Assembly (NCBI GenBank): GCA_964645535.1
Contig: CAZYCQ010000018.1
Location: 1-33,502 of the forward strand
Origin: an uncultured archaeon
Lineage (GTDB): Archaea; Asgardarchaeota; Heimdallarchaeia; Heimdallarchaeales; Kariarchaeaceae
Length of the DNA stretch: 33,502 bases
Direction: 5' to 3'
Shown: positions 19,808-29,203 of the stretch, in pieces
Layout: every line of letters begins with the position of its first letter
How positions within the stretch are numbered: position 1 is the stretch's first letter
Made by a program: the position numbers and the translations under genes
The notes under the pieces: generated by a model
What the model was told of the DNA's origin: nothing
The model's input: the letters and a program-made list of their open reading frames with translations, nothing else
Databases searched by the model: none

Positions 19808-20796
19808 CAGAAGAGACTCAAATCCCGAGATCCCGATTGAAATCTATATTTGGTCGTTTTCGATCTCTGTTTGCACCTATATTTGCTTATTTGAACCCTA
19901 TCTTTGTTCGTTTGAAACCTATATTTATTCGCTTGAAATCCGTGCTTATATCTTTGTTGACCAGTCCCACAACAATCTGGTTTGCATCCCTCTATCTTTT
20001 CTCCCTACTCGCAATTATTATTTTCAACTTTGTGAGGACAGGATATGATATCGAATCAATTGGATCTGCACCTAATTATTATGCTTCTCTTTTCCTCCAT
20101 TATGGGCTGAATGCCCGTTCTACATATGATTCTCCAATCGCAGAAGGAATTATGAGCTGGATCTTTACTCCTTTCTTGGTTGTCTTCCTTGGTTTGGCTC
20201 TGTTTTTTATCAAAGAAGCAGGATGGGCATATAACAGTCCGTATTTTGATTTCAGCCAAATCAACAAAACCTATGCTTTTTTCAGTCACAATGTTTTTGG
20301 CTACGAGGTAATATTTTTTGGTCAGAAGGGCAATGCTTTCTTCATCGGAATGGTTTGGTTACCGATAATTGCAGCGTCTGTCGTCACAATTATGTACAAA
20401 CTCCATACAAAAAGGGAAACTTGGATTGTTACAAGATTTGCGATCAACTTACTTATTTCCTTCAAACTTGGAATGGAAATGGCAAAAATGACAGATCCTA
20501 ACTTGCATTTCAACTGGAATGAATTCATCCCTACACTGATCGAACATCGATACACAAACAATTTTGTGGTATTTTCTGGTCATTATCATCCTTTTATGAT
20601 GATGGTTCTTCTTACCTTTGTCCAAATAGTTCCTATGATTGTTCTTGGTTTAATGGAGGGTGGATACAAAAGCCTGAAAATCTATTTGCAAAAAAGGGAG
20701 ATCTTCAAATCCGATGATGACAAAACCGTTCAGATTTCCACCCAATCGTTGCCTTGGATGGAAGAGTTTGGGGAGGAAATATATGAAGAGGAGTGA
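19804..20796 (+). CDS. Polytopic membrane protein of unknown function with N-terminal amphipathic heptad repeats
   Basis: ATGA overlap with dppF. About five or six TM segments and an acidic C-terminus. Confidence 0.8.
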   Translation: MTEETQIPRSRLKSIFGRFRSLFAPIFAYLNPIFVRLKPIFIRLKSVLISLLTSPTTIWFASLYLFSLLAIIIFNFVRTGYDIESIGSAPNYYASLFLHYGLNARSTYDSPIAEGIMSWIFTPFLVVFLGLALFFIKEAGWAYNSPYFDFSQINKTYAFFSHNVFGYEVIFFGQKGNAFFIGMVWLPIIAASVVTIMYKLHTKRETWIVTRFAINLLISFKLGMEMAKMTDPNLHFNWNEFIPTLIEHRYTNNFVVFSGHYHPFMMMVLLTFVQIVPMIVLGLMEGGYKSLKIYLQKREIFKSDDDKTVQISTQSLPWMEEFGEEIYEEE

Positions 20797-20802
20797 GAAT
20801 TA

Positions 20803-21906
20803 ATGAGTGAGCTAAAGACAGAAGAACAGACGGTATCAACAAATTCAAAGGAAGTTATTCTGGATGTACGGGACATCTATACCTATTTCAGGACAGAAAG
20901 CGGTGTAGTAAAGGCTCTTGATGGTGTTTCTTTTGACATTCGGAAAAATGAGGCTGTCGGTATAGTCGGTGAAAGTGGTTGCGGAAAGACAGTGACCTCC
21001 AGATCAATTCTGAGAATTCTACCAAAAAATGGTGAAGTTGTTTCTGGAGAGATCTATTATAAGGGAATAAACCTTCTTGATCTGACTCAAGATCAAATGC
21101 GAACCGTTCGAGGAAGGGAAATTGCCTTGCTCTTTCAAGACCCTCTTTCCTCTCTCAATCCAGTTCTTTCAATCCGTGAACAGATGGTTGATGTCATCAA
21201 ACTCCATCGGAGAAAAACAGAGGAACGGGAAATCCGCAAGCCCAATGGAGAGACCGAAATTGTCAAAGTCAAACGCCGTTTAACAGATGAAGAAGCCGCT
21301 GAAATCGCCATTGAGATGATGAAGGCAGTGGGTATCCCTGAGGCTGAGAAACGGTTTGATGATTATCCCCACCAATATTCTGGCGGAATGAGACAAAGGA
21401 TTCTTATCGCTCGAGCACTTGCTCTCCAACCCAATCTTCTTATTGCAGATGAGCCAACAACAGCTCTTGATGTTACTATCCAGGCGCAAGTCTTGGATAT
21501 CATTCAAAGAATGAGAAAGGAATTGGGTCTCTCACTCATGCTCATCACTCACAATCTAGGTGTCGTTGCTGAAAACACTGATCGTATTCATGTTTTCTAC
21601 GGTGGACGGGTGGTGGAATCTGGTCCTACCCGAGATATTTTCAAAGATCCCCATCATCCCTATACAATAGCGCTGTTGGAATCAATTCCGTCCTTCAAAA
21701 AAGGAAAAGGCAAGCTTTCAACCATTCCTGGTTCTGTTCCTCAATTAATCAACCCACCTAAAGGCTGTAGGTTCCATCCAAGATGTAAATATAAGACCGA
21801 TATCTGTGAAACCCGACCAAAAATGGAAAAGATCGGTAAGGACAGGTATGTTGCCTGTTTCCATGTGGACAAGGTACTTGCAGACAGGAAAAAAGCCAAC
21901 AAGTGA
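20803..21906 (+). CDS. dppD: Peptide ABC transporter ATPase DppD/OppD
   Basis: GESGCGKT, YPHQYSGGMRQR, DEPTTALDVTIQAQ, GCRFHPRC. Confidence 0.95.
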   Translation: MSELKTEEQTVSTNSKEVILDVRDIYTYFRTESGVVKALDGVSFDIRKNEAVGIVGESGCGKTVTSRSILRILPKNGEVVSGEIYYKGINLLDLTQDQMRTVRGREIALLFQDPLSSLNPVLSIREQMVDVIKLHRRKTEEREIRKPNGETEIVKVKRRLTDEEAAEIAIEMMKAVGIPEAEKRFDDYPHQYSGGMRQRILIARALALQPNLLIADEPTTALDVTIQAQVLDIIQRMRKELGLSLMLITHNLGVVAENTDRIHVFYGGRVVESGPTRDIFKDPHHPYTIALLESIPSFKKGKGKLSTIPGSVPQLINPPKGCRFHPRCKYKTDICETRPKMEKIGKDRYVACFHVDKVLADRKKANK

Positions 21907-21953
21907 GTCAAAAGCCAAAATACAGATATAGCCATTGTCCCTTTCATAATTAG

Positions 21954-22358
21954 ATGAGTTCTAAAATTCGGGTTGTAGTAGCGAAACCTGGTTTAGATGG
22001 TCATGATCGTGGTGCCAAAATTGTTGCTCGTGCCCTTCGTGATGCAGGCATGGAAGTGATTTACACAGGCCTTCACCAAACCCCCGAACAGATTGTTGAA
22101 GTTGCCTTGCAAGAGGATGCAAATGCCATTGGGCTTTCCATACTGTCTGGAGCGCATAAGGTGCTTTTCAAAAAAGTCATGGATTTACTCAAGGAGAAAA
22201 ATGCCACTGATATTGTTGTGTTTGGTGGAGGCGTAATTCCAGAGAAGGATATCCCATATCTGAAAGAATTAGGGGTAAAGGAAATCTTTGGCCCTGGCGC
22301 ACCTTTGGAAAAAATAGTGCAATTCGTGAAAGAGAACGTGAAGCCAGCAGGCGTTTAG
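21954..22358 (+). CDS. Methylmalonyl-CoA mutase, cobalamin-binding small subunit
   Basis: [11 protein letters not shown] (DxHxxG), SILSGAH, GGGVIP. Confidence 0.95.
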   Translation: MSSKIRVVVAKPGLDGHDRGAKIVARALRDAGMEVIYTGLHQTPEQIVEVALQEDANAIGLSILSGAHKVLFKKVMDLLKEKNATDIVVFGGGVIPEKDIPYLKELGVKEIFGPGAPLEKIVQFVKENVKPAGV

Positions 22359-22367
22359 GTGATTGTT

Positions 22368-23933
22368 ATGGATGAGAAAGAGTTTTTTACCAGTTCAGGT
22401 ATCAAGATTCCCCCCTTTCTACAAAAATATGATGTTAACCTTCCTGCTCCTGGTGAATATCCATTTACCAGGGGTGTCTATCCCACCATGTATCGTGGAA
22501 GAAAATGGACAATGAGACAGTATTCTGGGTTTTCAACGGCAGAAGAGACCAACCGTCGTTTCCATCTCCTTTTGGAACGCGGACAGACTGGACTTTCAGT
22601 TGCTTTTGATCTTCCCACTCAAATGGGGCTTGATTCATCAGATCCGCGTACTGAAGGGGAAGTTGGCAAAGTCGGAGTTGCTATTGATACCGTGGAGGAC
22701 ATGAAACTTCTTTTCCAAGGTATTGACCTTTCCAAAATATCGACGTCGATGACAATCAATGCCCCTGCCATGGTACTTTTGGCCATGTATATTGTGGTAG
22801 CTGAAGAAGATGGTGTTGATCCAACAGAAATCTCAGGTACTATCCAAAATGACATCCTGAAAGAATATATTGCACGAGGTACGTATATCTTTCCTCCCGA
22901 ACCATCAATGAGGCTCATCACAAACATTTTCGAATATTGCTCAAAACATCATCCCAAATTCAATACTATCAGCATAAGTGGTTACCATATTCGCGAAGCT
23001 GGCGCAACAGCTGTTCAAGAACTTGCCTTCACTCTTGCAAATGCCAAAGCGTATGTGCGAGCCGCAGTGGATGCAGGGCTGGATGTTGATGCCTTTGCAC
23101 CCCGATTAAGTTTCTTTTTCAATGCTCATAATGATTTCCTTGAAGAAATTGCAAAATTCAGGGCTGCAAGAAGAATGTGGGCAAAGATCATGAAGGAAGA
23201 ATTCGGTGCGAAAAAACCAAAATCAATGATGCTTCGTTTCCATACACAAACCGCAGGAAGCACCTTAACTGCCCAACAACCTGAAAACAACATTGTCAGA
23301 GTAACTCTTCAAGCATTGGCTGCGGTGTTGGGAGGTACACAATCACTGCATACAAACAGCATGGACGAAGCTTTAGCTCTCCCAACCGATAAGGCTGCAA
23401 CTATTGCACTAAGGACTCAGCAAATCATCGCCGAAGAAAGTGGAGTCCCTAACACCATTGATCCGCTTGGTGGATCATATTACATTGAATGGCTTACTGA
23501 TAAGTTGGAAGAGGAAGCCACTCAACTCATTGAAGAAGTTGAAAAGATTGGTGTCCTCGAAGCGATTTCCTCTGGAATGATTCAACGTGCCATCCAGGAA
23601 TCCGCTTATCGGTACCAACTTGAAATCGATTCAAAGAAACGAAAAATTGTTGGTGTCAATTCATATGTTCAAGAAGAGGACTTGGACTTTGACATCCTTG
23701 AAGTTGATGAAAAGATCCGTGATGAACAAATCAAGAGAATTGAAGCAATTAAGGCTCAAAGGGACAATGAAGCTGTGACCAACGCTTTGCACTCACTTCG
23801 GGAGGCCTGTCGTGGAACTGACAACCTTTTCCCATATGTCATTGATGCAGTGCGTGCAAGATGTACGATCGGTGAAATCTGTGGAACTATGAAAGAGGTT
23901 TTTGGCACATACCAACCTGTAGATTCAATTTAA
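22368..23933 (+). CDS. Methylmalonyl-CoA mutase, substrate-binding large subunit
   Basis: [18 protein letters not shown] (Tyr specificity position), [14 protein letters not shown] (Arg), [28 protein letters not shown] 5 nt before ATG 22368. Confidence 0.95.
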   Translation: MDEKEFFTSSGIKIPPFLQKYDVNLPAPGEYPFTRGVYPTMYRGRKWTMRQYSGFSTAEETNRRFHLLLERGQTGLSVAFDLPTQMGLDSSDPRTEGEVGKVGVAIDTVEDMKLLFQGIDLSKISTSMTINAPAMVLLAMYIVVAEEDGVDPTEISGTIQNDILKEYIARGTYIFPPEPSMRLITNIFEYCSKHHPKFNTISISGYHIREAGATAVQELAFTLANAKAYVRAAVDAGLDVDAFAPRLSFFFNAHNDFLEEIAKFRAARRMWAKIMKEEFGAKKPKSMMLRFHTQTAGSTLTAQQPENNIVRVTLQALAAVLGGTQSLHTNSMDEALALPTDKAATIALRTQQIIAEESGVPNTIDPLGGSYYIEWLTDKLEEEATQLIEEVEKIGVLEAISSGMIQRAIQESAYRYQLEIDSKKRKIVGVNSYVQEEDLDFDILEVDEKIRDEQIKRIEAIKAQRDNEAVTNALHSLREACRGTDNLFPYVIDAVRARCTIGEICGTMKEVFGTYQPVDSI

Positions 23934-24526
23934 TGTCCCTTTGTCAGTTCTGTTCCTGCGGTCTCGGATTTCGATTGTTCTGGTTCATCTGTAATGACTA
24001 TCGAAAGCAACCTTTCTCGTATTTTCCATTGATTGAGCAATTCAATTGTTGATGGGTAAACATTCTGATCAATAGGTTCCTGATCGATTATTGCCTGTCT
24101 GATGGCAGTTGCTGAATACTTCTCTCGTTCATAGACTCCTGTCCGTTCTGTCTTGAGCCCCGCTTCTTTGAACAGGTTGATGGTGAACGGATTATTGCTG
24201 AACATGACATCGAATGGGGGAAGAAGTCGTTTGAGGTGTGTCACCCAAAGTGCGTTATCAAAAATATCTTGGGCTGGGAGTATCCATACTCTATGCATGG
24301 GAATCTTGGCCTCAATTAAGGCATTTCTTACCATTTCCAATCTCTCTCCTGCTGTCAGTGGATTTTTCAACGTATGACTTATCTGTGCCGCTGCAATTAC
24401 CACCAGAAGTTCGTCAACCCGTTGCAGGATTTCCCGTATCACTTCAATGTGACCTCGGTGAATTGGCTGAAATCGAGCAATAAACAATCCTCGCACACTC
24501 TGACATTGGATATGTGAATTTATCAT
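23930..24526 (-). CDS. nadM: Nicotinamide-mononucleotide adenylyltransferase
   Basis: [37 protein letters not shown]. Confidence 0.93.
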   Translation of the reverse strand: MINSHIQCQSVRGLFIARFQPIHRGHIEVIREILQRVDELLVVIAAAQISHTLKNPLTAGERLEMVRNALIEAKIPMHRVWILPAQDIFDNALWVTHLKRLLPPFDVMFSNNPFTINLFKEAGLKTERTGVYEREKYSATAIRQAIIDQEPIDQNVYPSTIELLNQWKIRERLLSIVITDEPEQSKSETAGTELTKGH

Positions 24527-24556
24527 TTTCTGTTCAAACGCGCAACCCTTCTAAAG

Positions 24557-24634
24557 TTTTAAATCAAGCAAAGTCCGATGAAAGATGAAGACTATGCCTA
24601 GGCAAGAAACCATAGGCCTCTAGCTTCAGGTGAT
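24557..24634 (+). promoter_or_regulatory. TATA box, leader hairpin and SD of the uL3 operon
   Basis: TTTTAAAT at 24557-24564. Imperfect hairpin 24586-24628 (TGAAG/CTTCA, CTA/TAG, GCCTA/TAGGC, GG/CC, loop CAAGAAA). SD AGGTGAT at 24628-24634. Confidence 0.6.
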
Positions 24635-24639
24635 GCGTA

Positions 24640-25644
24640 ATTACAGCACGTACAAAACATTCACCACATAGAAGTAGTTTAGGATATAGAAGGTCTCGTG
24701 CAAGCAGTCACAAACCAAAGGTAAGAGGTTGGCCAAAATACGAAGGTGATCCCAAGATTCTGGCATTTCCTGGTTTCAAAGCAGGAATGACCCGACTGAT
24801 CTATAAAGAGGATTCTCCTAAGTCACACCTCGCCAATACAGACAGAATTACTGCTGTGACTGTGATCGAAACACCTCCTGTCATTCTGATGGGTATGAGG
24901 ACTTACAAACAGACACCTTATGGTCTGAAGATTCTGGCAGAAGCCAAAATTCAAAGTCCTTCAAAGCACATCAAGAGAATCAAAGTAAGATTCCCCGACG
25001 AGGAGAAGTATAAGGAACAATTGAAGAAGGTTGAGGAAACCGCTGATCAGGCTGTACAACTAAGAGCCATTATTCACACCCAACCGGATCTTACAGGCAT
25101 CGGAACCAAGAAACCAAGTATCTTTGAAATCCGAGTCGGTTGCAGGAATGCTTCAGAAGGTATCGAATGGTTGAAGGAACGGATGGGCAAAGAACTTCAA
25201 ATTGAAGATTTCACCAAACCTGGACAATATGTCGATGTTATCGGCATCACTAAGGGTAAAGGTTTCCAAGGTCCCGTTAAAAGACATGGTGTAACCCTTC
25301 TTCAGCATAAATCCAAGCACACCAAGAGGGGTGTGGGTTCAATAGCCCCTTGGACTCCTGCAAGGGTTCAATGGGTTTTGCCCCGCTATGGTCAATTGGG
25401 TTACTTCCGAAGAACAGAATATAACAAAAGGGTAATGTTGATTGGGACAAATCCTGATGAGATCAATCCCAAAGGTGATTTCATCAAATACGGCAAGGTC
25501 AGGAACCGATATGTTCTGCTCAAAGGTTCAGTCCCTGGACCAAAGAAACGGATGGTTATTCTCAGGGACGGTGTCCGAAGTCAGAACAAGCTTATTGCCG
25601 AGCCGCGGATCACTTTTGTATCCCAAGAGTCCCACATGCGTTAG
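24640..25644 (+). CDS. rpl3: 50S ribosomal protein uL3 (archaeal), predicted ATT start
   Basis: The frame extends 49 codons upstream of the listed ATG 24787: ITARTKHSPHRSSLGYRRSRASSHKPKVRGWPKYEGDPKILAFPGFKAG-MT. Downstream motifs are TVIETPP, TKGKGFQGPVKR, RTEYNKR and GSVPGPKKR. In-frame TGA at 24631. Confidence 0.92.
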   Translation: MTARTKHSPHRSSLGYRRSRASSHKPKVRGWPKYEGDPKILAFPGFKAGMTRLIYKEDSPKSHLANTDRITAVTVIETPPVILMGMRTYKQTPYGLKILAEAKIQSPSKHIKRIKVRFPDEEKYKEQLKKVEETADQAVQLRAIIHTQPDLTGIGTKKPSIFEIRVGCRNASEGIEWLKERMGKELQIEDFTKPGQYVDVIGITKGKGFQGPVKRHGVTLLQHKSKHTKRGVGSIAPWTPARVQWVLPRYGQLGYFRRTEYNKRVMLIGTNPDEINPKGDFIKYGKVRNRYVLLKGSVPGPKKRMVILRDGVRSQNKLIAEPRITFVSQESHMR

Positions 25645-25657
25645 GAGGTAGAAATTA

Positions 25658-26431
25658 ATGGTAAGCGTACTTAATATGAAAGGAAACAAAACCAGAAAGA
25701 AAATTGAACTTCCTCCTGTATTCGAAACGGAATATAGGCCAGATGTGATCCGTAGAGCCGTTCTCAGCGAACAGACCAAACAGAAACAACCTCAGGGCAG
25801 ATATCCCTTGGCTGGCAGAATCGTAGCTGCTTCCTCTCTTGGTCCTGGACGAGCTATGGCAAAAATCCCTCGGACACATGGAAGTGGGACACCTTCAGCA
25901 GGTAGAGGTGCGTTCGTCCACAGTACTGTTGGTGGAAAATTACTCTTTCCTCCAACCCCTGAAAAAATCATTGTGGAGAAAATTAATAAGAAAGAACACC
26001 GTTTAGCTCTGAAATCTGCTATCGCTGCCACAAAAGAAAGGGCATATGTCGAACAAAGAGGTCATAAGATAAACGAAAAGGTTCAGTTCCCACTCATTAT
26101 CGAGGAAAAATTCACTGAGCTCTCCAAAACCGCAGAGGTGAAGGCTGTTCTTGAAAACCTAGGGTTGGGACCTGACCTTGAAAGATGCCAAGTCAAGAAA
26201 ATCAGGGCTGGAAAAGGTAAACGACGTGGTCGAAAATACAGAAGAAAGGTCGGTCCCCTCATAGTGGTGACACAAGAATGTCCGCTATCCAAGGCTGCCA
26301 AAAATATTCCGGGTGTTGAAGTAATTGAACTCCGCCACATGAGGGTTGAAAAGCTTGCCCCCGGTGGTGACCCTGCTCGACTTACTGTTTGGACAGAAGA
26401 GGCAATCAAAAAGCTTGAGGAGATGGAGTGA
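25658..26431 (+). CDS. rpl4: 50S ribosomal protein uL4
   Basis: LPPVF, RPDVIRRAV, KINKKE, IRAGKGKRRGR, LAPGGDPARLTVWTE. SD GGAGGT. Confidence 0.97.
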   Translation: MVSVLNMKGNKTRKKIELPPVFETEYRPDVIRRAVLSEQTKQKQPQGRYPLAGRIVAASSLGPGRAMAKIPRTHGSGTPSAGRGAFVHSTVGGKLLFPPTPEKIIVEKINKKEHRLALKSAIAATKERAYVEQRGHKINEKVQFPLIIEEKFTELSKTAEVKAVLENLGLGPDLERCQVKKIRAGKGKRRGRKYRRKVGPLIVVTQECPLSKAAKNIPGVEVIELRHMRVEKLAPGGDPARLTVWTEEAIKKLEEME

Positions 26432-26436
26432 TCAAA

Positions 26437-26697
26437 ATGGAGAACCATGAAGTAATTATCAGACCAGTTTTCTCGGAAGCTGTGTATGACCTCATCATGA
26501 AGGACAATAAGATCCTTTTCGAGGTCAACAAGAATGCGAATAAGTTCCAGATCAAAAGAGCGGTGCAGGAACTGTACAACGTCAAGGTTGTCAAGGTGAA
26601 TACAATGATCACTCCTCAAGGAGTCAAAAAAGCGATTGTCAAACTCGCTAAGGAATATCCTGCCGACGACCTTGCTGCTGAGCTCAACTTGTTCTAA
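26437..26697 (+). CDS. rpl23: 50S ribosomal protein uL23
   Basis: IIRPVFSEA, ANKFQIKRAV, KVNTMIT, KKAIVKL. Start is ATG 26437 or GTG 26428. Confidence 0.96.
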   Translation: MENHEVIIRPVFSEAVYDLIMKDNKILFEVNKNANKFQIKRAVQELYNVKVVKVNTMITPQGVKKAIVKLAKEYPADDLAAELNLF

Positions 26698-26710
26698 TGA
26701 GGTGACATGA

Positions 26711-27460
26711 ATGGGTAAGAAAATTTTAGTACAGAGACGTGGCCGTGGTGGACCAGTATTTCGGGCAGCAGGGCATAAAAGAATCGAACCAATAAAATAC
26801 AGGAAAATCTCACGAGAGGAGATGACTTCTTCGTTCAGCGGAAAGGTAGTTTCGCTCCACCATGAACCTGGACGGGGTGCACCTCTTGCGAAAGTCCTGT
26901 TTGAAGACGGACAAAGTAAATATGTCCTCCCCGCTGAGGGCTTGGCAGTAGGTGACACAATCTACTATGGTGCTACTGCTGAAATCGCACCAGGCAATGT
27001 TTTGCCTTTGAAGTTCATGCCGGTGCGAACCCCTGTGTTCAACATTGAGTTACGTGCAGGTGATGGTGGTAAATTGGTCCGAACTGCTGGAGCAACGGCC
27101 TCCATTGATTCAAAGACCGATAAATGGGTATTTGTCAAACTGCCTTCTGGAAGAATCAAGAAGTTTCCTCCAGAAGCTCGGGCTACTGTTGGTGTTGTTG
27201 CAGGAGGTGGTATCACCAAAAAACCCCTCCTCAAGGCCGGTAACAAATACCACAAGAAACGTGCCAAGGGTCACAAGTATCCTCGTGTCAGGGGTACTGC
27301 GATGAACCCAGTCAAACACCCACACGGTGGTGGTGCTCACCAATCTCCTCCAAGATCGACTACCGTTTCACGGAATGCTCCTCCTGGGAGAAAAGTTGGT
27401 CTTATTGCGGCTCGTAGAACTGGTATTAAACGGGGTCGTCAGGCAAAGACAAATCAGTGA
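26711..27460 (+). CDS. rpl2: 50S ribosomal protein uL2
   Basis: MGKKILVQRRGRG, HEPGRGAPLA, PRVRGTAMNPVKHPHGGG, GRKVGLIAARRTG. SD GAGGTGA. Confidence 0.98.
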   Translation: MGKKILVQRRGRGGPVFRAAGHKRIEPIKYRKISREEMTSSFSGKVVSLHHEPGRGAPLAKVLFEDGQSKYVLPAEGLAVGDTIYYGATAEIAPGNVLPLKFMPVRTPVFNIELRAGDGGKLVRTAGATASIDSKTDKWVFVKLPSGRIKKFPPEARATVGVVAGGGITKKPLLKAGNKYHKKRAKGHKYPRVRGTAMNPVKHPHGGGAHQSPPRSTTVSRNAPPGRKVGLIAARRTGIKRGRQAKTNQ

Positions 27461-27469
27461 TTTGAATAT

Positions 27470-28267
27470 TTACTTAATCCGTATTTTCTTCCGAAACGAA
27501 AAATCAATTGGATTATCTTCCAGATTTATTTCTTCAAGATTTGGACATAGCTTGATTAGATTTGATGGTACTTCTGTCAATTCATTTCCGGAAAGATCAA
27601 GCTTTTTCAAACTATATAATTCTTTTTTGGAACCAATTTTCAAGGTCACCAAATTATTCTCTGAAAGATTCAATTCAACAAGGGAAAGGGGCAATTGCAT
27701 CAAATCAAAAGAGAAGAGTCGATTCCCTCGTAGGTTGAGCCTTGCCACTTCCATTCCTTGGAAAAATCCATCCGGTATACTCGAAATCTCGTTATTGGAC
27801 AGATCTAGAATATCCAGATCCAGTGTTTTTACAAGGTTCGATCGAATTTCATTCAGTGCATTCCTATGCAAATCAAGTATGCGAAGATTTCGAAGATGAT
27901 TAAATGTGCCCTCTTCAATTTGTCTGATCCTGTTTTCCCCGAGAAAAAGCTTTTCTAGCTCTCTGTTATTCCAGAAAAGTTGTTTTGGAATACATTCCAA
28001 TCGGTTACGGGAAAGATTGACTTCCTTCAGATTTGGCATTTTTGCAAAAAAGTGGTCAGGAACTGTGTTAAGGTCATTTAGCTGGAGATCAATTTTTTCA
28101 AGATAAGGTAGCCGAAGTTTTAGTGAAGAGGGAATCTCAACCAGTCTCATCTCAGAAAGATAAAGTTCCACAACTCTAATTTCCCCGTCTACCTGTCGTG
28201 TGACGATCTGGTTCCGTGAAATCCCCAAGTGCCTGATCAAACTCTGTATCTGTTCCGAATCATCCAT
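27470..28267 (-). CDS. Leucine-rich repeat protein
   Basis: About nine 21-24 aa repeats of LxxLxLxxNxLxxIP, for example LKEVNLSRNRLECIP and LKKLDLSGNELTEVP. Confidence 0.93.
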   Translation of the reverse strand: MDDSEQIQSLIRHLGISRNQIVTRQVDGEIRVVELYLSEMRLVEIPSSLKLRLPYLEKIDLQLNDLNTVPDHFFAKMPNLKEVNLSRNRLECIPKQLFWNNRELEKLFLGENRIRQIEEGTFNHLRNLRILDLHRNALNEIRSNLVKTLDLDILDLSNNEISSIPDGFFQGMEVARLNLRGNRLFSFDLMQLPLSLVELNLSENNLVTLKIGSKKELYSLKKLDLSGNELTEVPSNLIKLCPNLEEINLEDNPIDFSFRKKIRIK

Positions 28268-28320
28268 TCCTAAGGATTCTACTCTCTCCTTCAGTTAAAA
28301 AGACCTTGTTCTGCCCCAAA

Positions 28321-28659
28321 TTAAAAGGATAGTGCATCAATAAGGTCTTTGAGAGAGTTTCTGACTGCCACATTTTTCTCATGGATGCAAATCCTCTTCA
28401 GGTCTGCAATGTATTTATGGTGTGTGGGTTCTATCCATTCGCTCAATTTTTCAATTGCTTCAAGCTTTTGTTCTAATCCTAGACTCCCCATAATATCTTC
28501 AATCAACTCTTGGATCAAATAGTCCTGTAACCTACTTGCAATTTCCATATCCTCTCTAAAGACCTTTGATTGAACTGCTGAATTCGGTTCAGTGAACATT
28601 GTGACGCTTAGGTCATGGTAATCCATGTACTGATACTGAGCGTCTAGATGCATTGCCAT
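28321..28659 (-). CDS. Hypothetical helical protein with possible HEAT-like C-terminus
   Basis: SD-like GGGAGAGGT upstream. Helical pattern QKLEAIEKL...EKNVAVRNSLKDLI. Confidence 0.65.
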   Translation of the reverse strand: MAMHLDAQYQYMDYHDLSVTMFTEPNSAVQSKVFREDMEIASRLQDYLIQELIEDIMGSLGLEQKLEAIEKLSEWIEPTHHKYIADLKRICIHEKNVAVRNSLKDLIDALSF

Positions 28660-28755
28660 AAGTCAACCTCTCCCCTCCAATAAATAAAGGACGGAAGACC
28701 ATTTTCAAAGTGAACCTCATGAAATCTCCTTTCTACACAATAATTTTCAGTACAA

Positions 28756-29118
28756 TTGTTTTTGCCTTGGCCATGGGTTCAGATCAAAGAAGCTATTAGG
28801 AAAGTTGCACCAATTAAAATTGTGGGAAACAGCCGCCTTGATAAACTTCAATCCTTTCTGTCAGGTGACGAAACGATTATCGATCTAGGAACAGTAGGGG
28901 ATGAAGCATATATCATTACAAATTTTCGTCTGCTGATCTACACCAAGGATGGTTGGATGCTGGAATTTTATCCCGAAGAGATATATCTCCGACCATGGAT
29001 TATTAACGGACGCAAGTACCTCCATTTGGATTATCTTAGTAGCTATGATTACTTTTTCGAAGATCTGGGTATGGAGGCGGAAAAATTAGTGCAGATTTTC
29101 CATAAGGCATTCAACTAA
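28756..29118 (+). CDS. Hypothetical protein, possible PH-like domain
   Basis: FLSGDETII...AYIITNFRLLIY resembles the prokaryotic PH-like pattern. Start uncertain; ATG 28773 is out of frame. Confidence 0.5.
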   Translation: MFLPWPWVQIKEAIRKVAPIKIVGNSRLDKLQSFLSGDETIIDLGTVGDEAYIITNFRLLIYTKDGWMLEFYPEEIYLRPWIINGRKYLHLDYLSSYDYFFEDLGMEAEKLVQIFHKAFN

Positions 29119-29203
29119 CCAATTCCCTCTTCTTTTTTTCGTTAAATGGTAGATCTCCCTATCAATGCTTAAAAACATAAAAGCTCTGTTCGGATTTGAA
29201 AAT

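Noticed and set aside
22368-23933. Mutase as isobutyryl-CoA or 2-hydroxyisobutyryl-CoA mutase
   Set aside because: RQY (Tyr) and KEYIAR (Arg) match methylmalonyl-CoA specificity.
24787-25644. Listed 285-aa ORF read as a truncated uL3 or pseudogene
   Set aside because: The missing conserved N-terminus is intact and in frame back to ATT 24640, behind a good SD.
26083-27899. Long shadow ORFs 26083-26958 (-) and 27327-27899 (+)
   Set aside because: They overlap clearly identified uL4, uL23, uL2 and LRR genes in other frames or strands.
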